From: Eremomyces bilateralis CBS 781.70
Taxonomy: Eukaryota
DNA length: 64,000 nucleotides
Reading direction: 5' to 3' (one strand)
Assembly: GCA_010015585.1 (NCBI GenBank)
Contig: ML975185.1
Part shown: in pieces, positions 24,010-36,990 of the stretch
Layout: every line of letters starts with the position of its first letter
How positions within the stretch are numbered: the stretch's first letter is position 1
Translations under genes and position numbers: made by a program
The notes under the pieces: model-generated
The model's input: the letters and a program-made list of their open reading frames with translations, nothing else
Told to the model about the DNA's origin: nothing
Database searches by the model: none

Positions 24010-26598
24010 TCACCCTTTCCATGTCCCACTGATACCATCTGGGTTCATTCTCCTCCCCTTCCCCCTTGGGGCATCCAATCCCTTCCTGAATGGATTCATC
24101 GCCTTCTTCCCACTCTGTTCCGGCTGCCCTGCCGGATGCAGCACGCTCGGCGCACTTGCATAGTCAAACGGCTCGGGAGCCGTCTCCACCGCCTCCCCAT
24201 CCCCCGCCGGCTCGACGTCACTCCTGCGTTGCTTCTCCGCCTTCTTCTGCCTCTTCCGCTCGCGCTTCCGCCCCTTCTCCGCCGCCCGCATCTCGCCGCG
24301 GAACCGTCGCCCCGCATCGCTGTCGTCCGTGTCGGTGACATGCACCTCCTCGATCCCGTCGACGAAGGCGTCCGGGGCGGGCGCAGGGCCGCCGGATTCG
24401 GGGAGCGCGGGATCGGAGGAGATCGCCTCGCTCTTGCGCTTCTTGCCGGCTTTGTGCATGCCCAGTTGCTTGATGACGAAGATGTCGTCGGCCTTGGCTT
24501 CAGGGCGGGAAGAGGCGGGAACGAACGAATGCGCGGGAGGTTCGGCTGGCTGGGAGGGTCCTTCGAGCTGATCGAAGTCTGAGAACACTTCCGCAGTGAG
24601 AGGTGGAAGCGGTAGGGACAAGGACACGTTGTGAGATAACTGGTCGCGTTTCTGGTGGCCTTTGACGCCCATTGGAGTTGGTATCTGGCCCAAAGACCCG
24701 CCCCAAAATCGTGACATCAACCCGCGTAACGAGTCGGCGGCCCATGTAGCAGGATTGAACTTTTGTAGTGCTGGATCGGGAACCGTCGTCGCTGTAGTCG
24801 TCGCGTCCGAAGGGGTCGTTCCGTTCGCCACTCCATTCCGAATCTCTCGAAGCGTCTCCGCCGTCGACGGGCCTCTAGCGAATTTCGACGCCATGTCCCT
24901 CTCGAATTTCTTAGGTAGCAGTCCCTCCATCTTCTTCAACACCTCCACCATCTCCGGCCCATTCTTGCCCTGCTCCTTCGCCACCCGCACCACCTCCACG
25001 AGCTCATCCCCCCTCTGTCTCATCACGGGGCTAACCGTCCCGATCATCTTCCACAGCTGCTGCTTCGTCGTTGGCATCGCCCGCGCAATGCTGAACAACC
25101 CATGATTCGCCAGCACCCAATTCGTGCTCTCGTCCTCCTCGCGCGCCACGCGGTCGCGCCATGCGTGCACGCGGCGGAACACGCTGAACTGCTGCCGGTC
25201 GAGGAGCGCAGGCGTGCGCGCGATGAGCTTGAACCACCCCACGGTGCCGAGGCCGGTGGCCGGGTCGGCGGACGGATATTCGTACCGGTTGAGGGCGGTG
25301 GCCTTGGATTTCTCCAGGACCCCGTGCATGTGCTCTGACGCGAACGGGGGGTCGCTGTCGCGCGCGACGAGCTCATTACGGATGTGGTCGAAGATGTAGA
25401 GAAGGAAATGCGTGTCGGAGCGGGCGTAGTCGAACATTTCGGTGGGCAGCGGCCGGATTCGCCAGTCGGCCATCTGATATTGTTTCTGTGCGTTAAAGTT
25501 GACGAACTTTTGCAGCAGGAAGGCCAGACTGCCTCCTGCGTATCCAAGGACCCGGCTTGCGTGGTGGGTGTCGAAGAGCCCTACAAGATAGAGTCCTAAA
25601 TCCCTCTGCAGCCACACCACGTCCATGTAGGCACCGTGCAGGACCTTCAAGATCTTGGGGTCCGTAAACACCTCGTTCAGCACTTGTAGCTTCCTTCTCC
25701 ATGGTTTCAGCGTATCCACAACCCAGTCCTTGTCCCTCGTGCTGATTTGCATCAGCGATACCAATCCGATGTACGTCCTGGCATCGTGATGCTCCAAGTC
25801 AATGGCAATCTCCTTTGCCTGCTTCAGTTCTTGGAGCATCTCATCTACTGCTTCCGGAGTATCCACAAACGTCGCCGTGGTGCTTTCGAACGGATGGTAC
25901 GGTTGCGGGTCGGTGTTTTGGTAAACCCATTCCGGGTAGTCGTATTGCTCGATCTCCGTTTGGTAGGGATGCTGGTACTGCTCCAGGCCGTCATCGTTGG
26001 CGACAGTGACGAGACTTTGGTCAAGCGGCACAACCGCGTGTGGCTTGGTGTGCAGCAATGGCTTCCACGGGGCAGTCTCGTCGTTGGTTGGTGCGGCCTC
26101 GAAGAGCTCCTGTGGCTTCGTGATATCCTGCAAGCGGTAGGTGTTGCGTGTCTGAGTTTTGCCCTTGGGCGGTGCCGGCGACTGAGATTCCGGATCCATC
26201 CTCTTGACGACGCCGGAAAATTCATCCAGCGTGGAGTCCGCCTTCTCGAGCAGGCCATCGAGCACGTCCACCACCCCTCTCCAGTTCCGGTCGATCACGT
26301 CCACAGCTTCGGCATCCTCCTCCTCACCGCTCCCTAGTATTCCCGCGCCTTTTTTCCCTGACCCTTGCCCAGACGGCTCAGCTGGTGCTGCATCGCCTTG
26401 AGCAACCCGGATGAGGCGTTCGCCGAGCGATCGCAACCGCGCATTTTGCGAGGTGAGCGCGCGCCCGAAAGAGGGATCGAGACTTCGCTGAAAGGGGATA
26501 TCGGTGGCAGCAAGGGTGCCGCTGGTGCGTGTGACGGAGAGAAGAGCGGATTGAATGGAGGGCTGGAGAGTCGCAAAGTCGGGCGGGATATCGGACAT
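24010..26598 (-). CDS. RRP6: Exosome complex exonuclease Rrp6
   Basis: 862-aa ORF with PMC2NT-like N-terminus, DEDDy exonuclease motifs (IAIDLEHH, LQRDLGLY, ADWRIRPL, YARSDTHFLLYI), HRDC (WRDRVAREEDES) and basic C-terminus. Confidence 0.96.
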   Translation of the reverse strand: MSDIPPDFATLQPSIQSALLSVTRTSGTLAATDIPFQRSLDPSFGRALTSQNARLRSLGERLIRVAQGDAAPAEPSGQGSGKKGAGILGSGEEEDAEAVDVIDRNWRGVVDVLDGLLEKADSTLDEFSGVVKRMDPESQSPAPPKGKTQTRNTYRLQDITKPQELFEAAPTNDETAPWKPLLHTKPHAVVPLDQSLVTVANDDGLEQYQHPYQTEIEQYDYPEWVYQNTDPQPYHPFESTTATFVDTPEAVDEMLQELKQAKEIAIDLEHHDARTYIGLVSLMQISTRDKDWVVDTLKPWRRKLQVLNEVFTDPKILKVLHGAYMDVVWLQRDLGLYLVGLFDTHHASRVLGYAGGSLAFLLQKFVNFNAQKQYQMADWRIRPLPTEMFDYARSDTHFLLYIFDHIRNELVARDSDPPFASEHMHGVLEKSKATALNRYEYPSADPATGLGTVGWFKLIARTPALLDRQQFSVFRRVHAWRDRVAREEDESTNWVLANHGLFSIARAMPTTKQQLWKMIGTVSPVMRQRGDELVEVVRVAKEQGKNGPEMVEVLKKMEGLLPKKFERDMASKFARGPSTAETLREIRNGVANGTTPSDATTTATTVPDPALQKFNPATWAADSLRGLMSRFWGGSLGQIPTPMGVKGHQKRDQLSHNVSLSLPLPPLTAEVFSDFDQLEGPSQPAEPPAHSFVPASSRPEAKADDIFVIKQLGMHKAGKKRKSEAISSDPALPESGGPAPAPDAFVDGIEEVHVTDTDDSDAGRRFRGEMRAAEKGRKRERKRQKKAEKQRRSDVEPAGDGEAVETAPEPFDYASAPSVLHPAGQPEQSGKKAMNPFRKGLDAPRGKGRRMNPDGISGTWKG

Positions 26599-26943
26599 GG
26601 CGTTGGTTATTGCGTGATGGGATTTCGGGTCATTTCGTGGGCAAGAGGAAATGTGACGCCGATATGCAGTCGTATGTAACGGAATACTTGGATATCGAGA
26701 GTTTTCTCGTCGCTGTAGTTATTACTGTAGTGATAGACGCGAGTAAAGCTGGTTGGGGTTATAAGATCAGCGGGTAAGGGAGGAAATCTGCAAGTTTTAT
26801 GATTGATGTTGAGTTTTGCCGTCTTATCGATAAGAATTGGAGTGGAAACATTCGACCCTCCAAGTTCCACCACCAACGTCAACTCAAGCACTCAACATCT
26901 CATCTCGACCGTGTAAGCTAAGTCTGCCACCCGCATTCGCGCC

Positions 26944-27400
26944 ATGTCCGCATCTCTGGCTCCCGAATGCAATGAGATCAAGGAGTAAGAATTATTTTTA
27001 CCACAATGCCCTGAGGCGTGCCAGCCGTGATCTAACCCAGTCTCCAGGCGATATGACAATTGCTTTCTGAAATGGTACACCGAGAGTACGTCCACGCTTC
27101 ACATCTACCTCTTCCGTGGTTTTCTTTAGAGGATAGCAATATGCATAGAATACACCTAATGGATTCGTTTTTAGAATTCCTTCGAGGCACCGCGACCACC
27201 GATGAGTGCGCGCCACTTTTCCAGGAATACCGGAAGTGTCTCGGCGTACGTTGCCTCCATCGCTCCGGATGCGCCGCGTTCAATACTTACCGATTTAATG
27301 AATACAGGTGGCGCTCAAGGAGCGGGGACTGGATATCACGATTGAGGAGGCGAGAGGGGACAACAAGGAGAACGACGACCAGCACATGAGACGGAGTTGA
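26944..27400 (+). CDS. MDM35: Mitochondrial distribution and morphology protein 35 (TRIAP1 family, twin CX9C-type), 4 exons
   Basis: Exons 26944-26984, 27048-27085, 27175-27245 and 27308-27400 splice to MSASLAPECNEIKERYDNCFLKWYTEKFLRGTATTDECAPLFQEYRKCLGVALKERG...; all introns GT-AG. Confidence 0.95.
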
Positions 27401-27960
27401 CATCCCACTCCATCGGTCCCGGCGCAGCACGGTAGAGGGTTAGTAGCATTATTGGGCGTTTCTGGCTACGGGTCCTGGAATCTAGATAGGAAAAAGCTTC
27501 TCCTCCATACTTTGACAACTCGACAGTTCATTCGAACGATTGGATTCCCATCTGCTCAAACCACTCTGCTTATAATATACATGCACACTGCCGGTGTCCC
27601 GAAGACGCATCGCTCTAACCTGACGAGACGCGTCCGAAAGCCAATTGGCATCAAATCAAACCCTCCTATTAGCCATACCCCAATGAAACGCCTCCAATTA
27701 CCGAATCGCCGTGCAAGGCGTCATGACCTCAAGCCCGCGAACGAAGGCGTTGAGTTCACGCCGACACACTGCCGAAGCTTGCCGGAACCCCCTAGAAAAA
27801 TGTCCTTGGTAAGACGGGTATCTCAACATCCCAAAGAAAGGAAATCCAGCGTATCGGTGCAAGCCGTGAACGCCATTCGTGTCTATTAATGTCGTGTAAA
27901 CTGCCCGGTCCCAAGCACGCCGGCTTCGTGCGAACCCGTTCCAGCCTCGTAGTCGTATCG

Positions 27961-29525
27961 TCATCGCCCCTCAAACTCCTTGATCAGCTCACTCAGAATC
28001 AAGCAGAACTGCGCATGCAGGTCTACGAAAAAGTTGGGATTCCCCACGATTTCCGCCAGGCATTTGCTCCGGCCCGCATCTCTTGGATCTCTCGACCCGC
28101 GCGGGTGACCGTCCGGATCGACCATTTTCGCGGAAAGGAAGGATGAGACCGGCGTGAAATTGCGTGTTGCTGCGGCGACGGTAGCCGCCGTGCTCGAAGG
28201 CGCGGAACTCCCACCGGCCGTAGGCTGTCTAGATGCTTCGGACGCGGCATTAGGCCTGGAAGCGCCGTTCGCCGTGTGCTTCAGCAAATCCGACCTGTTT
28301 GCATTCGCTTTCGCAGACGCCAATTCCACTTTCTGGCTCTCCTTCTCCAGCACCCTATCGGTCATGGCGATGATCTTGCTCGCGATGTTCTCGAACATGC
28401 GCACGAGCTCCACATAGACCTTGGTGACCTTCCAGCTATCCTTCACCCCCAAGCCTAGCAACGCATAGGTTCGATACCGTCCACGGGCGCGTGGATCCCG
28501 CAGCTTGAACACGTAGGCGATGGCGTACCCGGCGATCGGGTCCCCGAAGAGGATCGGGCCGGATGGAGAGCCGCGCGGAAGATTCTCGGTCGAGAGGGAG
28601 CGGATGCATGTGCGGCGGAGGAGCGAATAGCTGGCGGCGGTGGACGGCTGGCGCGTCGTGATGTACGTGAGCGTGTGGGTATGCATAGGATACGGGCTCG
28701 AGGTCTTCGGAAGATTCAGCGGAGACGAGGCCATGGAACTATTAGCGCTCGGTGGAGACGGTGTCAGCTTCCCTGAGTAGACAGAGGCGAGCTGAGGATG
28801 GATATGGGCATTCTTCGCCTGCAAGCTGCGGTTGACGGGCGCCCGGACGGTGGTATCGTCGTCGTCATCATCGGAGGAGCGGAACTGTATGTCCCCGACT
28901 TGAATTCTCTGCTTCGTACGCAAGATGGGTGCGCCATGGCGACCCTTGCCGTCTTTCGTCGGGCTCCCAGGAGCACCGTCCGGGAGACGCTGGCTCATGT
29001 CTTTGGAAACGAGGAACGTGCAATTCTCGCATTCATCGCAGTCATCCGCGGGATTTCCCAGTTGGCCGTAGCCAAGATGCCCTCCTGGAACACCGAAGTA
29101 GGGATCCTGCGAACCACTTCCGGCCCATCGAGGGCTGGTCGGTGGGGTCTGAAGAGGAGAATCGAGGGAAGGATTTGGATCGGGTCTCGCAGAGGTGGGC
29201 TCCTCGCCGGAGCTGTTCTGAGTCGAGAAGGACGACGACTTGGAAAGTTTTCCAGAAGAAGGAGTCCGACAAGGGTGGGAGGCGTTGCAGGAGACTTTGT
29301 CAACCTGGGTACAGAGGATGGATGTGGGACCGTGAACCTCGCAGAAATGTGCGAGGGAGAGCTGATGGAAGGCACATTGTTAGTAATTGCTTCGATTTGG
29401 CTCCCATTGCCGTACAGGACAGAGTGAAGTGACGTCGGAGTGGGCAGCGTCAGGTAAGGCGTCAAGGAGCCGGTGTAAGGATTCCGGAGTCTGTGGGTAA
29501 TTGGAGCGCTTACAATGAATTCCAT
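27961..29525 (-). CDS. LST7: Folliculin/Lst7 family protein (Rag/Gtr GAP subunit)
   Basis: Exon 1 MEFI (29514-29525), intron 29362-29513, then LSLAHFCEVHGPTSILCTQ in frame with the 345-aa ORF containing CIRSLSTE, FGD, FKLRDPRARG and FFVDLHAQF. Confidence 0.9.
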
Positions 29526-30776
29526 GATGACACCTTCCCTAATAACGGACTTTCTCTACCCTCTCGCACCCATGCCAGCCACAACGGCCATGACCGACAA
29601 CTTTCTACTTGCGAAGTGGTGGTGGGTGTGGTGGGTATGTGTGGTAGGCGTGGTGTGGTGTTTGCGACAGTGGTGGTGGTGTTGTGGAAGCCCAGCTACA
29701 TAAGGCGAACCCGGGAGCGTGGGTCTGGAGGGGTGGAGCGATCCCAGACAGGGAATCGAGACGAGGCGAAGTGGAGCGTGGCGAAGGTGTCGAGGAGTGC
29801 GACAAGCACGGAGGAGGAAGGTGAAAGTGAAAGAGGAAGTTGGAATGGAGAATTTCGCGGATTTCGTAAGACAAGTTTGCAGGAGCCGAAGACAGGAAAT
29901 AGGAGCAGTATGGAACTGGGTATCGTCGGATTTCGGAAGGAGAAATGTTGGGTTGTTAGACGATGGATGGGCAGGATGCTGGTCGGGATCTGGTCGGGAT
30001 GCTGGTCAGCTAGCGGAACTACGGAAGGGATGTGGATTGTGAATAAATGGATTACTGGTTTCCAATGCATGTTACGTACTGGGACGGTGGCGGTCAGATT
30101 CTTGATTGCTGCTTCTTGCTGGTCAAATGGTCGGACTCAAGGTCGCAGTCGAAGGTGGCAGTCCGATTCGGAATTGAACCGGGCGCCGGGAATGATCCTC
30201 CGTAAGAAGTGAGCTGGAGGATAAAGGAAACTGAGGGGAGAATCGGGATGAGAGTGAGGAGGCTCAGGAGGGGGGGTATGAATACTCGAGTTGAAAGGGA
30301 AGTAAATGCGGTGAGGGCAAGGAGGGATAGAATTGGTGAAAACAATGATGATGATATTATTAAGGTATGATTGAATTGACTTGACTACTGTAGGAGGTAC
30401 ACAAGCCGATCAGATGTAATAACATTCCAAGCCTCAGTTTAGCAGTTTGGCACTCTACTTATCACCAGAGTAATTTCTGAAGTAAATGCTACTAGTTCCT
30501 AACTGCGTTGCTGGTAACTATTGGTGTGTCGTCTAATAATGCAGAGTATGAATGCAAGTGGAGGCAGGGAGGGCCATTACTATCCCAGTCTTCGATCACA
30601 GGCACAGCAAATATGAATGAATCAATCAGAGGAATTATACCAGTACCTTAACCACGGTACACGTACACAGCAACTACAGGTGCTAGTGCTTCCATAGCAA
30701 TTCGCAGGAGTAATCCCCGGTTGGTCGGCATGTATATCCGGTACGGAATATTACATATGGGGGTTTCGATAATTCT

Positions 30777-30822
30777 AAGGAAGGAAGGAAGGAAGGAAGG
30801 AAGGAAGGAAGGAAGGAAGGAA
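30777..30822. repeat. (AAGG)11 tetranucleotide microsatellite
   Basis: Perfect tandem AAGG run read directly. Confidence 0.97.
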
Positions 30823-32354
30823 CAGGTCGGTAGGGTAGTGTGTTGTAAGGCATAGTAGGGCAAGACGCTGCAAACGGCCCTGCCGCATTCCCCTCACCGC
30901 TTATTTTGTACTGTTTCTATTGGTCCGCCCTCATCATTGAAGTTAGATAGTCCAGACTCCAGAGTTCCAGAACTTGTATTCCATAACATACTTCGTTTTC
31001 AGTATTTATAGTTCAATAAATTTACTCCATCTCATATACCTCCAGCTATCAAATCCATTCATGTATGTGTGGTTGTATTCTATATCATGTTTCATCCTCC
31101 TTGTCACACAATGAGCCCTACAACCGCCACGTCTTTGGTCGGTTCAATTCATAACTGTACCCACTACACTAGTTACCTATTTCCAATAGATATTATTCCC
31201 TCCACAGAGGCAGAGGTATTTCTCAGCCCAATATCAGTCCGACAATAATTATTCTGGCTCAGAAGGAGTCTGGAGCCTCCCATCTCCCATATTAGATATT
31301 ACATATGGAGTAACAACAGGTACCTAGTTCCTGGTATCTGATGAAGTGATGATGGGTGACGCATGCAGTCCGATTGTGGAACCCCGGCTGTCTTTATTCC
31401 CGGGCGCCGTTTGCTGTCGCGTGTCAAATTACTCCGCCGAACTTCATCGGTCCCGCAGTCACTCAGTCCCTCTTTACTTTGACCTCCCTGTTTTACGTAC
31501 GTCGAAGCACCACTGTCCACTGGCAGCTCTTACATTTGTAAATACGGCAACAATCGGCTCCATCCGGCGGAAAAGTGTGAATGAGTTAATCTGCTTGAGA
31601 CTCAACAGTGAACCCCTGCCCTTGGAGCTAACTCCAGCGTCGGTGCAATATTCCCCACATACACACCGGTTTGCCAATTGCGATGTGCTCGACAAATAAG
31701 TCGCGTGGTGTGTCGGAAATCTAGAAAACGCTCCCGATTCATGTCCATATTCACCCGAACATTCCATGCTCTCCATGCATTCGCTTGCTCACCATCGTGA
31801 GAAACCGCTTACTCGCCCCTGCGGCCTACATGGCTGCATCTCGTGTACCCAGTCCCGATCCATCATGATTCCTGTCCCATTCGTCCACCAGCAGCCGACG
31901 TCTCGTTCCGTGAAGCCGCGTTGCGTATCCTTCCGTGTTCACCATCGCGAATCCGTCAAGACAAACAGCGAAGACGTCGGTTCCGGTGGCCGAGGTCCAA
32001 CCCGATCCTACCGTGCGGCGCCGAGCGGATTGATTGATCAGATATTGCCCAGGGTGGACGAGTTTGAGTCAGGAAGCTATAATCCGAGGATTTGGTCTTG
32101 GAATGGCGTGTCCCCAGTAGAACGGCGGATCGCAGATGGTGTGGAGACTCACTGGAGAGACTCACGTTTTTGGATCAATTTGTGAACTGGAAGTTTGGCT
32201 GCGGTGTGAGTGGCCAGTAGATAGATTATTAAGTTAATTGGATTTACAAATGCGGACTGCGAACGGTACCACATGATATGCATAGAATGAAAGACAATTG
32301 AAGTCGAGTTAGAGCGTACTTCTCTTGGATGCATTAGTTTACTGATATTTAACA

Positions 32355-34017
32355 TTACAAGTTCTTCAGCAGATTCCGCCACCATGGCCCTCCGACATCC
32401 GGCTTTGCCGTCTCAGGTCTTATATCCTTTGTATCAAGATCCTTCCTCCTCCCGGAATCCAAATCAACCTCATGCGAGCGCCAGAAGCGAGTCTTATAGA
32501 TCAGCTTAAAGGAAATCCAGATCAGCGGGAATAGCGGCAGAAGAATGTATGCGTCGACAAAATTGCCGGCGTCGAACGGTGTCAAGGTCGTCCATCCCTG
32601 GATAAGAGCGAGGAAGATGTTGGCAAAGAGGCCAAAGTAGGCATTCCATGGATACCAGAGAGACCTGTACGGAAGCTGTTCTGGCGTCCGTCCCTGAGCG
32701 GCCCATGCTTGACGGAAGCGGATGTGGATGAAAGAGATCGAACCCCAGACCAGGAACGTCGACACGCCGGACAAGTTGACGATGTACCCGTATGCCTTGC
32801 CTGCTCCCGTGCTGACATTCATCATGGAGATCGCGCCGAACAGATTCGTCACGACGATTGCCGCCACAGGCACGCCGCGCTTGTTCGTCATGCCGAGGAA
32901 CTTGGGCGCCTTGCCTTCCTGTCCCATGAACAGCAGCGTCCGCGAGGCGATGTAAATGGATCCGTTCACCGCGGACAGGCAGGTGATGAAGATAAAACTG
33001 TTGACCAGGTGCACGCCGCCCTCCCAGCCGGCGTTCTGAATCGCGACGGTCATCGGCGATCGCAGCGCGCGCGACTTTCCGTTCACCAGACCATCGGCAT
33101 CGGAGGGGCAGGTCAGCCCGAAGAAGATAGCGGAGCCCATGTACACGAAGATGATGCGCCAGAACACCTGCTTGATCGCGCGGGGGATGGCGATGCCGGG
33201 GTTGCGGGTTTCAGTCGCGGCGACGGAGAGAGACTCGACGCCGGCGTAGAACGTACTGGTGAAGACGAAGACGGTGGCGACGCCGCGGAAGCCGTTGGAA
33301 AAGGCGCCCGGATCGTGCCAGTATCGCGCTCCGATGGCCTCGGTCCCTTTGATTCCACCGCCGACGTAGATAATGGAGAACAAGAAGAAAGCGGCGAGGC
33401 CGACCAGTTTGAAGAGCGCGAGCCAGAACTCCGCTTCGCCGAAGCTTTCGACACCGAGAAGTTGGAAGCCGAGGAAGAAGACCCAAAAAATGAGGAAGTA
33501 TCCCCATAACGGCACTTGCGGTCCTGAATGCGGATTAGCATGCGATTAGATATCGGGCCAGGCCAGGCCACTCACCCCAATAGACTAGAACACTACAGAT
33601 GACATTGTACTCATTCGCCAACACACTCGCCCAAATCAACCAGTAATTGAAGCCAACCGCAACAGCAAATGCCTTGTCCACAAATCGATCCGCGAGCGAG
33701 ACAAACGCTCCGGCGGTGGGATACAGGGTCGTCAGCTCCCCAAGCGACTGCATGATGCTGAATGCAATGACACCGATGACGCCGAACCCGATGATGAGTG
33801 CCGCCGGGCCGCCATTGGAAAGCGCTCCGCCCGCGCCGACTAGCAGTCCCGGTCCGATGATGCCGGCAATGGCCAGCATGCTAATATGCCGTGTCTTGAG
33901 CCCGCGCTTGACGCCGCTGTGCGGGTCCAAGACCGCGAAGTCGGAATCATTACTGCCGCTATCATATCCTCCCCCTTCATTGACCAGCTGCTGCGGCAAC
34001 TTCAAGGTTTCTGCCAT
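32355..34017 (-). CDS. Amino acid permease (APC superfamily, YAT family)
   Basis: RGLKTRHISMLAIAGIIGPGLLVG, FGEAEFWLA, ETRNPGIAIPRAIKQVFWRI. Intron 33524-33575 joins the two ORFs in frame. Confidence 0.95.
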
Positions 34018-34838
34018 GACTCGAAAATTGGCCTATATCCTAAGCTCTTTTGGACGGGTATAGATAACTATAAGCGAACCGATAAGGCCGCCGATCTTCC
34101 CCGTTTAAAAAAATACAGGGCCAGTCTGCAAAGCTTGCTCAAGGTCGGTTCGGAGTGCATAAGAGGAAAGTCCGAAGGAGCGGTTCATAAACCCGGAGTC
34201 AATATATTTTGAGCGTCAAGTATTTGTATCCTTAGCGGTATCCCACACAAATCGTGCCATGGCGATGGTGCCATTGTAGAGTCGATCAGCGCAATTGCAC
34301 TAGCGTGGGATTCTGGGGAGATGCATTAAGATGGCGCTGGTGGCTGGACTCTTGCGGAGTGTTGAATTGGTTTGGCGGTCTAAAAGGCCACTGTGGGGTT
34401 TTTAGTACGTTCATGTTTGAGTTTATTGGGAATGGAATGGAGATGGGATAGAGGATGAGTGCAGACAGAGTTAATATGTGTCGTCGTTTGAAGGAAGAGG
34501 GTTGAGCTGGGGTCCGGCCATTGGACTGTCGAGGAAACGAGCTAGGCGTCACTGTGTGGAATCTAGAAACCCGCTGCCCACTTACAGGTTGAGACTTGAG
34601 CCATATTAAACCCTCCATGCAAATGGAATTGTAGACGAGGTTGAACTCTGAAGGCATGATGAAGTTAACGCTGCTTGTTCGGCTCCATCCAATGTCTGTA
34701 TGGTCCTTTGTCCACCAAATGTAAGCCCCTGTTGATTGATCATGTCTTGCTGGACGAAGAATTTTTTGTCACATCTAACCAACTAATACGCCAAAACCCC
34801 AAAACGGGACCTTCTAGGAGACTAGTAGAAGGGCAGAG

Positions 34839-34872
34839 AGTTAACTAACTAAGTTAAGTTAGTTAGTTAACT
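34839..34872. repeat. Perfect 14-bp inverted repeat with 6-nt spacer
   Basis: AGTTAACTAACTAA-GTTAAG-TTAGTTAGTTAACT. Confidence 0.9.
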
Positions 34873-35454
34873 AAATACAAGGGAAAACACTAAGCTGTCC
34901 GAAATAGGCCTAGCCTAGGGGTAATGTGCAGTGAAAGGAAAGTTAGGGCAGTAGAAACCAACAGGGGCATCTTGCGACACATGACGCTTCCAGCCGGAGC
35001 GGAGACTTCTCTACTCTAGCTTCTAACGATAATGAATTCCTCCGCAATCTGATCCCGTTGCGCCCTCAGACCTTCTCGGTAGCGAACGTCGTACACCAGA
35101 TGTATGCCTGTGCTACATATTGGATCTTCGGCTCCATGTTGTCTAAACAGTGCTTGAGGAATACTTCGCGGAGAAGGCCAGCGGGCTAGAGCAGGAGGGA
35201 GAGCTCTCTGCTGCTGAACACTTCCGTTCAGCACTTACATCGGACTCCAAAAAGACCAATTTCTAGCAGAACGCCTACCGGTATCTATTTTTTAAAGAAT
35301 TTTTTCCATTCTGGTCTACCAGCTATAGAATCTACAATCCGGAAATTTCGGTGGGGGAAACCTCTCCGTGACTAGAAACACTGGAAACATTGGAAACATC
35401 GGACAATTACTCGTTAAACTCCGGTTTACATAACGATGTCAACTTCAGGTACAC

Positions 35455-36532
35455 CTAATAATCATAAAACACCAGCGTCCGCACCTCAATGCTCTCCCTC
35501 GGCGGATCATTCGCATGCTCCGGATTCACAAATGCCGTGTGCGGAACTCGTCTCGCGCGCCCATCGTCCACAGAATCGAAGCACTTGATCAACGATGGTT
35601 CGTCGGGCCGTTGCCCGTACTTGAAGTACCACTCGTGGCTCGGGTTCGCCTTGACGGCGTAAGTCTCGCCCTCGCGGTCGGGGTAGATCAGCTTGACGGG
35701 GATGAGGTCGCTGTCGGGCACGGAATGGGCATCGGCGAAGGTGAGCGGATCTCGGGTGATGGTCTTAATCGGGCGCCACACCTGCAGCACGGGAAGGGTG
35801 AGTGAACTGCGTCGCTTACTGGGATGGAAGAAGATTTGGGGCGGCTTACATTGATGATCTGGAAGCGCTTCGAGAGAAGCTCTTCGGCTTCATCAGGGAG
35901 GTGGTGCCTCACACGGTTCTCGGAGGCGCTATAGGACTGGTCGATGTGAACCCGGCGTGCTGGGCCGCGGAGATCGGGTTGGCCGTCGGTGGCATCGCCG
36001 GTTGAGCGGCGAATTGTATGGTCAAAGATGAAAACGCGAGTTGCTCCAGTGCTATCCGAAAAGAGTTAGCGTACGGCATATTTGTTGCTCAAAATAACGC
36101 CAACACTCACGCATCCTTCAGAAGTTGCTCGACTTCCGGGTAGTATTCCGCCTTGATCTTCTCATCGTCGAGGAAATCTTTCTCCTTGCTTTCATGCTTC
36201 AAGAATTGAAAGCCATGGCTGTCAATGGTGTATTTCTCCTCCTCTCCGGCAACGTCGTGGATGACGAAGTTCTCTGTGGTGTGAGGGCGTAAATAAGTGC
36301 TTGGTTTACTGGTGCTCTGGTTTAGAATAAACTTCCTTTCTCATCCTGATTGACCGAGAACTCACCCAACGTAAGTAGGATCTGGGGGAGATCCGTCCTC
36401 GTTCTCCTTGTAATAGTATAGCTCCGCAGAAACGTCATGCTTCGCAGGCTTCAAGGTATTCTCCTGAGCAAAAGGTTCTACAACTTGCCCGAGGGCGCTA
36501 CCCGGAGCGTGTTGGACTGCAGCGGCGGCCAT
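35455..36532 (-). CDS. CmcJ/NvfI/AsaB-like oxidoreductase (often annotated methyltransferase-like), 4 exons
   Basis: Spliced product contains IHDVAG, IDSHGFQF, EYYPEVEQLLK, IFDHTIRR, VHIDQS, RFQIINVWRP, VPHTAF and RESIEVR; three GT-AG introns. Confidence 0.85.
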
Positions 36533-36990
36533 GATTGGATATATTTAGAGATGGTCTTTGTTTTTGTACTTATTCAAAAACAGTCGAGAATGCTGTTCGA
36601 AAAAGATTATAATTCTAAGCCTTGTGAAGCTTTAAGATGCCATATATATTCCATCAGCAAAGCTTACTTATGGTAAGCAGCACCACCCATCCATTTGTAA
36701 TGTGACGTACTCCCCAGCACGCAATGCAATGCAAAAAGCATGACATACATACTACACCCTCTCAGATATCGTTGCTGCCTTGACTGTTCGCACTGAACTC
36801 CACCAGTGAAACTATTAGATCATGAGCGTTCAATGGGTAGGAAATATATAGTAATCATTATGCTTTGAAATCAAGTGCGGGGAGTGGGTGATACGGCGCA
36901 AACAAGTATTACAGGATTCGTATCTCTAATGCAGATCATTGGATCTATTCAGTTTACCCCAGCCTTGTAGACCGTTTCCCCAACATCACA

